From a virus (Duplodnaviria; Caudoviricetes): a stretch of 28,922 nucleotides of DNA. Where the stretch lies: positions 1 to 28,922 of IMG/VR virus record IMGVR_UViG_3300006851_000691. One strand, written 5' to 3'. How positions within the stretch are numbered: position 1 is the stretch's first letter; every line of letters begins with the position of its first letter. The notes beneath the pieces are model-generated. The model worked only from the letters and a program-made list of their open reading frames with translations, made no database searches and was not told the DNA's origin. This document shows, piece by piece, positions 16,628-25,880 of this stretch. Position numbers and translations under genes: made by a program.

Positions 16628-16768
16628 GGAAGGTGAGGTCGGCGAGGTAAAGTCCTCCGGCCGATCCACCCTTTCGGGTGAAAAGCACTTGTTCATATCG
16701 AAGTTCTAAGTTCCACTTGGAATATTAGTAGATATGGAGGGGTGCTTCTGTTAATTATTGTAAATGAA

Positions 16769-16796
16769 GCAGGAAAATAGTCCTCTTTTGTCGTAT
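16769..16796 (+). promoter_or_regulatory. SigH-like promoter of a moron
   Basis: GCAGGAAAA - 12 nt - GTCGTAT (one mismatch to RNNGAAT). Confidence 0.5.
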
Positions 16797-16819
16797 GATG
16801 TAGGCAAGGGGGGATTTTT

Positions 16820-17158
16820 ATGGATATTATTAAAGGTATAAAAGAAGTTGCTGACGTTGTAAGAAAAGCGGATAACATTGAATTGTATAGACAAATATTA
16901 GATTTGCAAAAAGAAGCCTTGGATTTAGTAGAGGAAAATCATGAATTAAAAAACGAGATTAGAGAACTGAAAAAGGTTCCAGATTTACAGAAAAAGCTAA
17001 CTTTTAAGAACAATGCATATTACTTAGATAATGATGATGTAGCAGATGGGCCATTTTGTTCAACGTGTTGGGACGCAAGAGACATGTTAGTAAGGTTGCA
17101 CGATAATGATTATGGATTTATATGCGATCATTGTTTGAGGTTAAACAAAAGCAATTAA
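16820..17158 (+). CDS. Coiled-coil plus C-terminal zinc-ribbon protein (moron)
   Basis: Heptad region, GPFCSTCWD...CDHC; has its own promoter-like site and terminator. Confidence 0.8.
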   Translation: MDIIKGIKEVADVVRKADNIELYRQILDLQKEALDLVEENHELKNEIRELKKVPDLQKKLTFKNNAYYLDNDDVADGPFCSTCWDARDMLVRLHDNDYGFICDHCLRLNKSN

Positions 17159-17181
17159 GCGCCCATCGAGGTGCTTTTTTT
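17157..17181 (+). terminator. Intrinsic terminator
   Basis: AAGCGCC-CATCGA-GGTGCTT-TTTTT. Confidence 0.8.
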
Positions 17182-17227
17182 ATATCTAAAATAAGCGTTT
17201 AGCATAAGGTTGGTGGTGGCATGTAAC

Positions 17228-18004
17228 GTGGCAAAGTGGGAGAACATTAGAAATGAGTGGGAAACATCCAAGATTACATTAAAGACATTAGCTGAAAAGC
17301 ATGGTGTTAAATTAGGTACTTTAAAGAGTAGAAAGAGTCGTGAAGAATGGTCGAGAGATGCACATAAAAAGGATGCAGCCAATTCAAGTGAGGTTGCAAC
17401 CCCGAAAAAGCAACGCTATAAAGAAGGGAGTAGAAAAGGTGCTGGGAACCCTAATCCGGTCAAGCAGTTTACGAAACGAAACTCAGCTGCGAAGAAGCAC
17501 GGACTGTTTAGCAAGTACATCCCGCAAGAAACATTAGAAATAATGGGCATGCTTGATAAGAGCGATCCGGCAGACTTGATATGGGATCAGATACAGATAC
17601 AATACGCTGCCATTATAAGAGCGCAACAGATCATGTATGTAGAAGATCAGTACGATATGACGAATGAATTAAAGAAAAAGCAAAAAAGCGACTTCGGCTC
17701 AATGAAAGAGTACGAAATTCAGTTTGCTTGGGATAAACATGCAACATTTATGAATGCACAGTCCCGGGCAATGTCGGAGCTCCGTTCATTAATTAAACAG
17801 TTCAATGATATGGCTCATGAATACGATGAGCGCAGGATTAAACTTGAACAAATGCAGGCCAATGTTGAAAAGACAAAAGTAGAAATAACCAGGTTATCCG
17901 GTGAAACGATTGACGAATATGAAGATGATGGATTTATAGAAGCGCTGGGAGATGCGGTGGAGGTGTGGGATGATGACGACGATGGAAGCACCGAGGAAGC
18001 TTAA
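17228..18004 (+). CDS. terS: Terminase small subunit (PBSX XtmA/YqaS-like)
   Basis: N-terminal HTH (LAEKHGVKLGTLKSRKSREEW), AKKHGLFSKY, YEIQFAWDKHA. Confidence 0.9.
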   Translation: MAKWENIRNEWETSKITLKTLAEKHGVKLGTLKSRKSREEWSRDAHKKDAANSSEVATPKKQRYKEGSRKGAGNPNPVKQFTKRNSAAKKHGLFSKYIPQETLEIMGMLDKSDPADLIWDQIQIQYAAIIRAQQIMYVEDQYDMTNELKKKQKSDFGSMKEYEIQFAWDKHATFMNAQSRAMSELRSLIKQFNDMAHEYDERRIKLEQMQANVEKTKVEITRLSGETIDEYEDDGFIEALGDAVEVWDDDDDGSTEEA

Positions 18005-19268
18005 ACCAGCGCTATTTAAATTCCAACCATTCTCTAAAAAGCAAAAGAAAATATTAACCTGGTGGCATCCTAAATCACCTGTAAAAGAAAAAGACGGCAT
18101 AGTGTGCGATGGATCCGTTCGTGCAGGAAAAACGGTTGTTATGTCTTTATCTTATGTAATGTGGGCAATGGATGACTTTGAGGATGAAAACTTCGGCATG
18201 GCCGGGAAGACAATTGGTTCATTTCGTCGTAACGTTATACGTCCATTAAAGAGAATGCTTAAATCGAGAGGATATAGCGTTAAAGATCATCGAGCCGACA
18301 ACTATTTAACTGTCTCTTTTCGGGGCAAAACGAATTACTTTTATATTTTTGGTGGTAAAGATGAAAGTTCCCAGGATTTAATACAGGGGATCACGTTAGC
18401 AGGCATGTTTTTTGATGAAGTTGCTTTGATGCCAGAATCATTCGTAAGTCAGGCAGAAGCGCGTTGTTCTATTGATGGTTCTAAATACTGGTACAACTGC
18501 AACCCGGCAAGCCCATATCATTGGTTTAAAGAGAATTACATCGATAATCTCGAAGAAAAGAACCTTATAAGACTCCATTTCACAATGGAAGACAACCCTT
18601 CATTATCCGCAAGGGTTATTAATCGTTATAAAAGGATGTTTACAGGCGTTTTCTACAAGCGATTCATATTAGGTCTATGGGTGCTTGCTGAAGGTGTTAT
18701 TTATGATGCATTTAATCATGACGATCATGTTGTTCCTACAGAGGAAAGAAGATACTCCGAATACTATGTCTCTATTGACTATGGTACGCAGAACCCGACC
18801 ACATTCAGCTTGTGGGGAAAACATCGTGATACTTGGTACAAGGTAAAAGAGTATTTTCACGATGGAAGAAACTCCGGTAAGCAGAAAACAGATGTGGAAT
18901 ACAGCAAGGATTTAAAGGAATTTACAAAAGGCATTAGAGTTAAGTCGGTTATTGTGGATCCATCTGCATCTAGTTTTATTGCTCAATTAAAGAAAGATAG
19001 ATTTAATGTAACAAAAGCTAAAAACGAGGTGCTGGATGGCATTAGAAACATGCAAACAGCATTGAGTGAGAAAATGATTTTATTTAATGATTGCTGCATT
19101 GAGACGTTTAGGGAGTTTTCATCCTATGTATGGGATAAAAAGGCATCAGATCGGGGAGAAGATAAGCCTGTAAAACAGTTTGATCACGCGCTTGATGCGG
19201 ACAGATATTTCATACAAACGATTTTATTCGCTCCTAAAGCTAGAGTGAGCAGCACTAACGTATGGTAG
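17970..19268 (+). CDS. terL: PBSX-family terminase large subunit
   Basis: DGSVRAGKT, MFFDEVAL, NCNP, IDYGTQNP, DHALDADRY; RBS GGAGGTG before ATG 17970. Confidence 0.95.
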   Translation: MMTTMEAPRKLKPALFKFQPFSKKQKKILTWWHPKSPVKEKDGIVCDGSVRAGKTVVMSLSYVMWAMDDFEDENFGMAGKTIGSFRRNVIRPLKRMLKSRGYSVKDHRADNYLTVSFRGKTNYFYIFGGKDESSQDLIQGITLAGMFFDEVALMPESFVSQAEARCSIDGSKYWYNCNPASPYHWFKENYIDNLEEKNLIRLHFTMEDNPSLSARVINRYKRMFTGVFYKRFILGLWVLAEGVIYDAFNHDDHVVPTEERRYSEYYVSIDYGTQNPTTFSLWGKHRDTWYKVKEYFHDGRNSGKQKTDVEYSKDLKEFTKGIRVKSVIVDPSASSFIAQLKKDRFNVTKAKNEVLDGIRNMQTALSEKMILFNDCCIETFREFSSYVWDKKASDRGEDKPVKQFDHALDADRYFIQTILFAPKARVSSTNVW

Positions 19269-19283
19269 AAAGAAGGTGAATAC

Positions 19284-20873
19284 ATGCCAAACTGGACGAA
19301 GTTCGATGCTTCCGTGATTGAGAAGGTGCACGGGAGCATTTTTTATTACCGTAATTTATACGAGGGAAAGCATGCCGAGATATTTCCTCGGGCTAAAAAC
19401 CTTATTGACAAAGGCGAGATAACCGACAATATTATGTACGGTCAACAACAGGCTCAAAATGTGCAAACGCCGTACATTGTAGCGAATATATGTAAGTTGA
19501 TACCTGAGATACCCGCCATGCTTGTAAGCCGTTCTATTGGCAATATACAGTCCTCTTTGTCCCCGGATGATTTCCAGGCAGATAATATCAATGCTGATAC
19601 TGATGAGATAGTGGACGAACCACGGGATGAAGTGAGCAAGATTATCCATGTACAGCAAGAAGTTATTGATCAGATACAAAAGAATAGCAACCTAGCATTT
19701 GAACATTGGGGAAATATACTGCAACAGCAGGTAGATGGTGGGCTTGTGGGTGTTCCTTGGCTAGATGAACGAGGACTGCGCCTGGAATTTAAAGCCCGTG
19801 ATGTTTATTACCCGCATGAAGATGGAATGGGGGCAGACCTTGCTTATGAGATTGAAATAGACGAACAGGAGTATTTGCATGTTTATCGTGAGCAGGTATT
19901 CGATGGCGACCTATACACAAGCCACATGCTTTATAAATTGAATGAGCAAAAGAAAACAGAAGAGGTTCTCGACGATGAAGCGAAAGAGCTTCTTGGCATG
20001 AAAGAATTGGAAAAGGTTTATTCCGGTCGGGGTAGGCCTTTTATTATTTACTGGCCGAATGAAAAAACATTCATGAATCCGTTGGGTACTTCATGTCTCA
20101 AGGGGCAGGACGGCAAGCAAGATGAGGTTAACTGGACGCTCACAAGAAATGCGATCACGTTTGAGCGTAACGGGAAGCCGCGTTTAGCTGTAAGTAAAGA
20201 AGTTATGCAGGCACTAATGGACAAAGCTCAAGAGCGATATGGCGATGAAAACAAAATAGATCACCGTGATTTAGAAGTGACTGAGATGGATGAACACGGC
20301 AACGCTATAGAAGTTATTCAGATAGATATTACCAAGATTGGCGATATACAGTGGGTTAAAGATCTAATGAAGCTCATGCTCATGGAAACAAAGACATCTG
20401 AAAAAGTAGTCGATTTCTATATGGAGAATACTTCAACTGGTGCTCAATCTGGTGTAGCGAAGTTTTATGACTTGTTTACTTCACTGATCAAAGCTGAGCA
20501 GATCCAGTCTGAATATATCTATTTCCTGCAGCAACTAATTGAGAGTGCGCTATGGCTCTCCAATTACAATGATGATGCCGTGATCATTGAAGAACCAGAG
20601 ATCATACTTAAATCCATGATCCCGATTAGTCGCAAGGAATTGATTGAGGAAAACAATCTGGCTTACACATCTAAAACGCAATCTCTTGAAACGACCATTC
20701 GGCGGAACAACCCTAATGCTAGCGAGGAATGGGTACAGGAGGAACTTTACCGTGTCGAGGCTGAACGTTCAAATGATGATAGTTTTTCGTTAATGGCAGG
20801 AAGGCAAAGCCTGCAGCAATTTATGGGCAATAAGGATAAGGATGGCAATCCAATAGAGGAGGATGATGAGTGA
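19284..20873 (+). CDS. Portal protein (SPP1 gp6/A118-like)
   Basis: 529 aa directly after terL; C-terminal SLETTIRRNNP...EEWVQEELYRV pattern. Confidence 0.85.
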   Translation: MPNWTKFDASVIEKVHGSIFYYRNLYEGKHAEIFPRAKNLIDKGEITDNIMYGQQQAQNVQTPYIVANICKLIPEIPAMLVSRSIGNIQSSLSPDDFQADNINADTDEIVDEPRDEVSKIIHVQQEVIDQIQKNSNLAFEHWGNILQQQVDGGLVGVPWLDERGLRLEFKARDVYYPHEDGMGADLAYEIEIDEQEYLHVYREQVFDGDLYTSHMLYKLNEQKKTEEVLDDEAKELLGMKELEKVYSGRGRPFIIYWPNEKTFMNPLGTSCLKGQDGKQDEVNWTLTRNAITFERNGKPRLAVSKEVMQALMDKAQERYGDENKIDHRDLEVTEMDEHGNAIEVIQIDITKIGDIQWVKDLMKLMLMETKTSEKVVDFYMENTSTGAQSGVAKFYDLFTSLIKAEQIQSEYIYFLQQLIESALWLSNYNDDAVIIEEPEIILKSMIPISRKELIEENNLAYTSKTQSLETTIRRNNPNASEEWVQEELYRVEAERSNDDSFSLMAGRQSLQQFMGNKDKDGNPIEEDDE

Positions 20874-21016
20874 TGGTAAGTAAAATAGCAGAACTAACAA
20901 CTGAATTTGAAGTGACTGGCATTGATGAAGTGGATAAGTGTATAGAGGATGTTCGGGAAAGCCTTCAAAGACTAGATAAGGCACTTCATAATGTAAAGGC
21001 TGTACAGAAGAAGTAG
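20873..21016 (+). CDS. 47-aa hypothetical protein MVSKIAELTTEFEVTG... (not in ORF track)
   Basis: TGATG coupling to the portal stop; GGAGG RBS. Confidence 0.6.
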   Translation: MVSKIAELTTEFEVTGIDEVDKCIEDVRESLQRLDKALHNVKAVQKK

Positions 21017-21025
21017 GGTGATCCT

Positions 21026-22111
21026 ATGAACCAAAAACAACTACTTGAAGTCATCTCAGCCATGAAGCATGAAATCCTAGACCTGCTTATCAATCAGAAC
21101 CTTGCTGATGATGAAGTGGCACAACAGACACTCAGTGTGATCAATGAGATGTTCAGCCGGCTTGATGTGACTGTAGAGGATGTTATCCCGAAAGAAACGC
21201 TCGTGTCTTATTTTGGTGGCGTTGATGAAGCTACAAAGGCATTGGATAAGGCTGGCATTGATCCGAAAGGTGGACTTGCTGCAAGTATATCCAGTAGCGG
21301 AAAGGTCAGAAGCGCATTTGATAACCACGTCCACATGGAAGCTATAGCAGAAATAACCGATAACAGCATGCTTGATTTGAGGGCGGCCATACGGACTGCA
21401 AAGCGTAATGCAAATGCAAGTATTGAAACAGCATTGTCTGCGGTTAAAAACGATTTGCAGAAAGGCATTATCCAGGGAAAGGCTAGGCAGGTTACTACCC
21501 AGCGTGTGGCTGAAAGCTTTGCCAAGGAAGGTATGACTGCATTCACAACTGTAGATGGCAAGAGGTTACCCTTGGACTTTTATAGCCAGGTGGTTACAAG
21601 GACTAATTTAAAGAAGGCTAATATTGATGGTGCAATTAATCGGTATAAAGAAAACGGGGAGGATCTTGTGAAAATAAGTGGTAATACACCGACTTGTCAT
21701 GAATGCCATGCCTATAGAGGGATGGTTTTTAGTTTGAGTGGAGAAGATAAACGTTTTCCGCCTGCAGAAGGGAACCTACCTCCTTATCATCCGAATTGCA
21801 ATTGTTCTGCATCTGTATACGTTATTGCATACAAGAATGATAAGGAAATTGATAAAGAGATTAAAAAGGCAAAAATGTTCGATCCGAACAAAGATACTCG
21901 AAGCATTTCACAACAAAAAGCCTATGCAGAACAACAACGTTTAAATCGTATCAACAATTACGAGAAGAAGCGTTATGCCGACATAAAAGGTGTGCTTGGC
22001 GATGATGCCCCTGCTAATTTAGGTGCATTTAAACGCATGAAACGAGCAAACAGCGAGAACTACAATACATTGATTCAAGACTACCAAGATGCATTGAAAT
22101 CTATTAAATAA
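21026..22111 (+). CDS. Minor capsid/head morphogenesis protein
   Basis: TCHEC..YRGMVFSLSG...PPYHPNCNC. Confidence 0.88.
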   Translation: MNQKQLLEVISAMKHEILDLLINQNLADDEVAQQTLSVINEMFSRLDVTVEDVIPKETLVSYFGGVDEATKALDKAGIDPKGGLAASISSSGKVRSAFDNHVHMEAIAEITDNSMLDLRAAIRTAKRNANASIETALSAVKNDLQKGIIQGKARQVTTQRVAESFAKEGMTAFTTVDGKRLPLDFYSQVVTRTNLKKANIDGAINRYKENGEDLVKISGNTPTCHECHAYRGMVFSLSGEDKRFPPAEGNLPPYHPNCNCSASVYVIAYKNDKEIDKEIKKAKMFDPNKDTRSISQQKAYAEQQRLNRINNYEKKRYADIKGVLGDDAPANLGAFKRMKRANSENYNTLIQDYQDALKSIK

Positions 22112-22126
22112 TGGGGGGTGGTTGGG

Positions 22127-22354
22127 ATGGCGAAGAAACGAGATTACAAGAAAGAGTACCGCGATTATCACGGTAAGCCTGCTCAAGTTAAAAATCGCGC
22201 TAAACGGAATAAGGCTAGAAGCACAATGGGATTGAAGAAAGGCGATAAGCGTGAGGTTGACCACAAGAAGCCTTTATCCAAGGGCGGTAGTAATAAGAAA
22301 AGCAACTTAAGGGCTGTTAGCAGGACTACCAATAGAAGAAAGGCGGCTAAGTAA
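22127..22354 (+). CDS. Small, very basic HNH endonuclease-like protein
   Basis: EVDHKKPLSKGGSN..SNLRAVS...NRRK. Confidence 0.8.
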   Translation: MAKKRDYKKEYRDYHGKPAQVKNRAKRNKARSTMGLKKGDKREVDHKKPLSKGGSNKKSNLRAVSRTTNRRKAAK

Positions 22355-22578
22355 TGAAGCTTTATGAAGCTACCAATGGTTTTACAGGATACAGCTATGT
22401 CAGGTGTTTAGTTTGGGCGAATAACGAAGAAGAAGCTTTGAAGTTAGCGCGTAAATCCTTTCAAGAATCAGGGCAAGGTGATTTTCATGGCGAAAGATAT
22501 TGGAATAACATTGAACTAAGCTTGATCGTGGATGCGGAAAAGGAAAAAGAACCTTTTTATACTGAACCTACTGACTAG
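22354..22578 (+). CDS. Hypothetical protein
   Basis: TAATG coupling to the upstream gene. Confidence 0.7.
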   Translation: MKLYEATNGFTGYSYVRCLVWANNEEEALKLARKSFQESGQGDFHGERYWNNIELSLIVDAEKEKEPFYTEPTD

Positions 22579-22598
22579 ATTAAAGGGAGGCAAACATA

Positions 22599-22835
22599 AT
22601 GAAAAACGAATTACTATTAAAACAAGCCATTGAATTGTTGCAGAAGGTTGACCCGGAAGAATTGGAAATCGTGCAGATCGAAAATACGAAGTACGATGAT
22701 GGCTCCGTTGGGTTTAATGTTAGTTTGACGTATCCGGCGGAAGAAGAAAAGGCGGTGTATCCTCAATTACCAAAAGGAGCTCCGGTCTTAGGAAGTAGTA
22801 CAACAAAAGAACTGTTATCCAATAAAAATGATTAA
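22599..22835 (+). CDS. Hypothetical protein
   Basis: RBS AAAGGGAGG. Confidence 0.7.
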   Translation: MKNELLLKQAIELLQKVDPEELEIVQIENTKYDDGSVGFNVSLTYPAEEEKAVYPQLPKGAPVLGSSTTKELLSNKND

Positions 22836-22838
22836 CAT

Positions 22839-22871
22839 GCACCTAGCAGACAAGCGTTAGGTGCTTTTATT
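22839..22871 (+). terminator. Intrinsic terminator-like hairpin before the scaffold gene
   Basis: GCACCTAGC-AGACAAGC-GTTAGGTGC-TTTTATT. Confidence 0.75.
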
Positions 22872-22951
22872 ATGCCTTTTTCCATGACTGCAGGCATTAA
22901 AGAACAACATGAGTAATGGCTCCTGCACCTAAGCAGAGGAAGGAAATAGAT

Positions 22952-23716
22952 ATGTTAAAACAATTAATTACATGGTTTATCTCATTATTTGAGCGTGACC
23001 TTTCTACGATAAAGAAAGAGGTTGAACCACTGAAGTTAAATCTGCAGTTCTTTGCTGACGAAGGTGATAGCTCCGATGACGATGATGCAGATGATGGCGA
23101 CGATGGTTCTGATGAAGATGCGGACGATGAAGATGGCGTTCCTAATCTCGATGAATTGCTGAAAGATAAAGATTTCAAAAAGCAGTATCAAAAGAAGTTG
23201 AAGGACCAACTCAAGAAGCGTATGAAAAAATACGAGGATGTTGATCCGGAAGAGTATCGCCGACTCAAAGAACAGGCTGGCAAGAAAAAAGACAAACAAG
23301 AAGACGATTCAGATGATGACGAATTGGAATCACTTAGGACACAACTAAGTGAGAAGGAAAAGCGCATCGAACGTGCCGAACGTAAGGAAAAACGCGCAAT
23401 GGTCAAGGAGTATGCGGTAGATAACCAAGTCAATCCAAAACTATTATCACGTCTGATCAACGTGGATGACATTGAATTGGATGACGATGGCGAAGCTGAA
23501 AACCTTGATGAATTGTTCGAGGAATTGGAAGAGGAATTCCCGGAGTATTTTGGTGCTGTAGATGACGACGAAGAGGAAGAAGAGCCACCAAGAAAGAAAA
23601 GGAAATCATCTTTCGTTCCTGGTGCCCGACAAAAGAGCAACAAGAAAAAGAAAGTTGATCCGAAAGAAGCGGGTCGTCAAAAAGCAATGGAGCGACATAA
23701 AAAGGAGGAAGATTAA
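22952..23716 (+). CDS. Capsid scaffolding protein with Prp-cleavage-like motif
   Basis: LKLNLQFFA followed by an acidic tract and coiled coils; upstream of the capsid genes; RBS GAGGAAGG. Confidence 0.85.
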   Translation: MLKQLITWFISLFERDLSTIKKEVEPLKLNLQFFADEGDSSDDDDADDGDDGSDEDADDEDGVPNLDELLKDKDFKKQYQKKLKDQLKKRMKKYEDVDPEEYRRLKEQAGKKKDKQEDDSDDDELESLRTQLSEKEKRIERAERKEKRAMVKEYAVDNQVNPKLLSRLINVDDIELDDDGEAENLDELFEELEEEFPEYFGAVDDDEEEEEPPRKKRKSSFVPGARQKSNKKKKVDPKEAGRQKAMERHKKEED

Positions 23717-23718
23717 TT

Positions 23719-24114
23719 ATGAATTTACAGCCGACAAAACAACGAATTGTAGGTCAGAAGGAGTTCCTGCGTAACTCAGTAGGAATGGAATTTAAAACAG
23801 GTGGCGCAACGTTAGATGCAGATGCATTTTCCGATGTAACAGAAAATGGATATGTAAAAGCTGGTACAGCCGTTTATTTAGGTGAGGAAGGTCTTTACAT
23901 TCCATGGAAGGACCCATCCGATGGTGGAGAAGAAGAAGAATCAGACGCTGTTCGTGAGGGTGCTGGATTAACTTCTCACGATGTGAAGCTTGTTAGTGGT
24001 TCTAATCCAGTTGTTGGTGTTCTTATCTCCGGACATCCACTGGAAAGCAAATGCACGGGTGTTACAGATGGTTTTAAAGAAGAAGTGAAAGGATACCTAC
24101 GCTTTGATGCGTAA
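23719..24114 (+). CDS. Head decoration/cement protein
   Basis: 131 aa between scaffold and capsid; GYVKAGT pattern. Confidence 0.7.
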   Translation: MNLQPTKQRIVGQKEFLRNSVGMEFKTGGATLDADAFSDVTENGYVKAGTAVYLGEEGLYIPWKDPSDGGEEEESDAVREGAGLTSHDVKLVSGSNPVVGVLISGHPLESKCTGVTDGFKEEVKGYLRFDA

Positions 24115-24136
24115 GGAATAGAGGGAGGAATAATTT

Positions 24137-25138
24137 ATGCCATTACATTTAGATGAATTTCAACGAGACCAATTGCAAGGATATATTGAGAATGTGCCAC
24201 CACAACGAGAGTATTTATTGAGATCTGTTATGCCAGAGGAAACAACGTCCGACATTAACTTTGCTTTTAATGTTATAAATGGTCGCTACAGCACATCGGC
24301 ATCGATCACAGGTTGGAATGCTTCAGCGCCCCTTCGTGATAAAAAGGAAATTGAAAAGGCATTTGCTGAAGTTGCTAAGGTGCAACATGGTGTGCGATTG
24401 GATGAAAAGGAACTATTAGCATTTAACCGTCCACGTTCAGATCAAGAGCGTGCGCAAGTTATTGAGTATGTTTATACAACTACTGATGAACTATCACAAG
24501 GCGTTGACGACATCGAGGAGTACATGCGTGCACAAGCCATTTATACAGGCGGGTTAAAATACGATGACGATGAGAACGACATCCACATTGATGTTGATTT
24601 TGACATTCCGAATGATAACAAGATCAATGTTACTACTTCTTGGGATGAGGCTAGTGCAAATCCGTTAGAAGATATTCAGGCTGCTGTTAAACAGTATCAA
24701 AAGAACAACCAACGTCGTAAGCCAGCAGTGATGCATATCACGTCTGCAACAGAAGCTTTGTTGCTTCAGAATGATCAGATTCGCGTACAAGTATACGGAA
24801 CTAATAATGGTGGTCGCTTATTAACCAAATCAGATGTACAAAATGCGCTTACTGCATTAGGATTGCCACCTTACCAAGTGAACGATGATGTAATTGTGGT
24901 AAATGATGAAGAGGTGCAATTGCTTGAGGATAACAAAGTAGTGCTTCTTGGCAATGATTTAGGAAAGACATTTTCCGGTCCTACAGTTGAAAACTCCTAT
25001 AATCCAGGGAAGTTTGTTGTTCCGGAGATCACCAATAACCCACCAAGTCAAACAGTAATTGTAGGTAAAGCGTTATTCCCTGCATTGCAACGTCCGCAGT
25101 CTATCGTAATCATGAATGTTGGTGATGCCACACCCTAA
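24137..25138 (+). CDS. Major capsid protein (capsid E-like); predicted +1 frameshift form ends at 25190
   Basis: 333 aa; EYMRAQA..TG, W....ANPLEDI, PALQRPQSI; ends CCC TAA. Confidence 0.9.
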   Translation: MPLHLDEFQRDQLQGYIENVPPQREYLLRSVMPEETTSDINFAFNVINGRYSTSASITGWNASAPLRDKKEIEKAFAEVAKVQHGVRLDEKELLAFNRPRSDQERAQVIEYVYTTTDELSQGVDDIEEYMRAQAIYTGGLKYDDDENDIHIDVDFDIPNDNKINVTTSWDEASANPLEDIQAAVKQYQKNNQRRKPAVMHITSATEALLLQNDQIRVQVYGTNNGGRLLTKSDVQNALTALGLPPYQVNDDVIVVNDEEVQLLEDNKVVLLGNDLGKTFSGPTVENSYNPGKFVVPEITNNPPSQTVIVGKALFPALQRPQSIVIMNVGDATP

Positions 25139-25203
25139 TGAACCGCCAATTGGGCAGGCGGAAATCGGAAAGAATTTCACAATTAGATAGTTGGTGATAA
25201 ACG

Positions 25204-25542
25204 ATGACCAATGAGGATATTAAAAGTTATCTGGAACGCCTGTATGACAATGAGCTATATAAAGAGTTGATCAATGCAGACCAAGACAAAATTATATTTG
25301 AAGCTTATGAGCTACTAAAGGATAACTTCAAGGTGGAAACTATCACTGATCGTGCGGTCGCTCTACAAGTTTTGTACATGCTTGAGGGGGAGGAAGAAGA
25401 ATACGCCAAGTTAAAGCGACATGGCGTGAAATCCTACAGCGTGAAGGGTGTTTCTGTAACATTTGACGGAACGGACATTTCTCCTGCCGTTCTGAAGCTA
25501 TTAGGATATATTCCTAAGGCGAAAGTGGGTCGTTTAATATGA
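25204..25542 (+). CDS. Head-tail adaptor (connector) protein
   Basis: AVALQVLY...GVKSYSVKGVSVTF; follows the capsid gene. Confidence 0.75.
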   Translation: MTNEDIKSYLERLYDNELYKELINADQDKIIFEAYELLKDNFKVETITDRAVALQVLYMLEGEEEEYAKLKRHGVKSYSVKGVSVTFDGTDISPAVLKLLGYIPKAKVGRLI

Positions 25543-25880
25543 AGCCACCTATGAAACAGAAAGTAAACGCAAACGTGCCTTACTTGGATAATAACGGGAA
25601 GCCGATAATAGACAAGTATGGTAGACCGAAAACAAAAGCAATCGAATCGAAAGCGCGCGTTCAATTTAAATCGCAATTAATACGTGACGCTAATGGTCAA
25701 GAACGTCGAACCAGTCTCGAAATCGATCTGCCACGGGACTTCAATCCTAGCCAAGGAACTGAAATAGATTACGTGGCAATGGGTGGGGATAAAGGCAGTG
25801 GAACCATTGTTGCAAAGGAAGAATCTACTAATCTAGCTGGTAGCAAAGTCTACTATAGGACGGTGTTTGTCGATGGCTAA
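25539..25880 (+). CDS. Head closure/stopper protein
   Basis: Beta-rich 113 aa; synteny. Confidence 0.65.
   Translation: MKPPMKQKVNANVPYLDNNGKPIIDKYGRPKTKAIESKARVQFKSQLIRDANGQERRTSLEIDLPRDFNPSQGTEIDYVAMGGDKGSGTIVAKEESTNLAGSKVYYRTVFVDG

Noticed and set aside
17447-17456. Other CCCTAA sites (in terS here, and in the portal near 20710)
   Set aside because: Read in frame as AAC CCT AAT, not CCC TAA, so they are not shift sites.
23060-23140. GATGAC-like low-complexity repeats
   Set aside because: They simply encode the Asp-rich tract of the scaffold protein.
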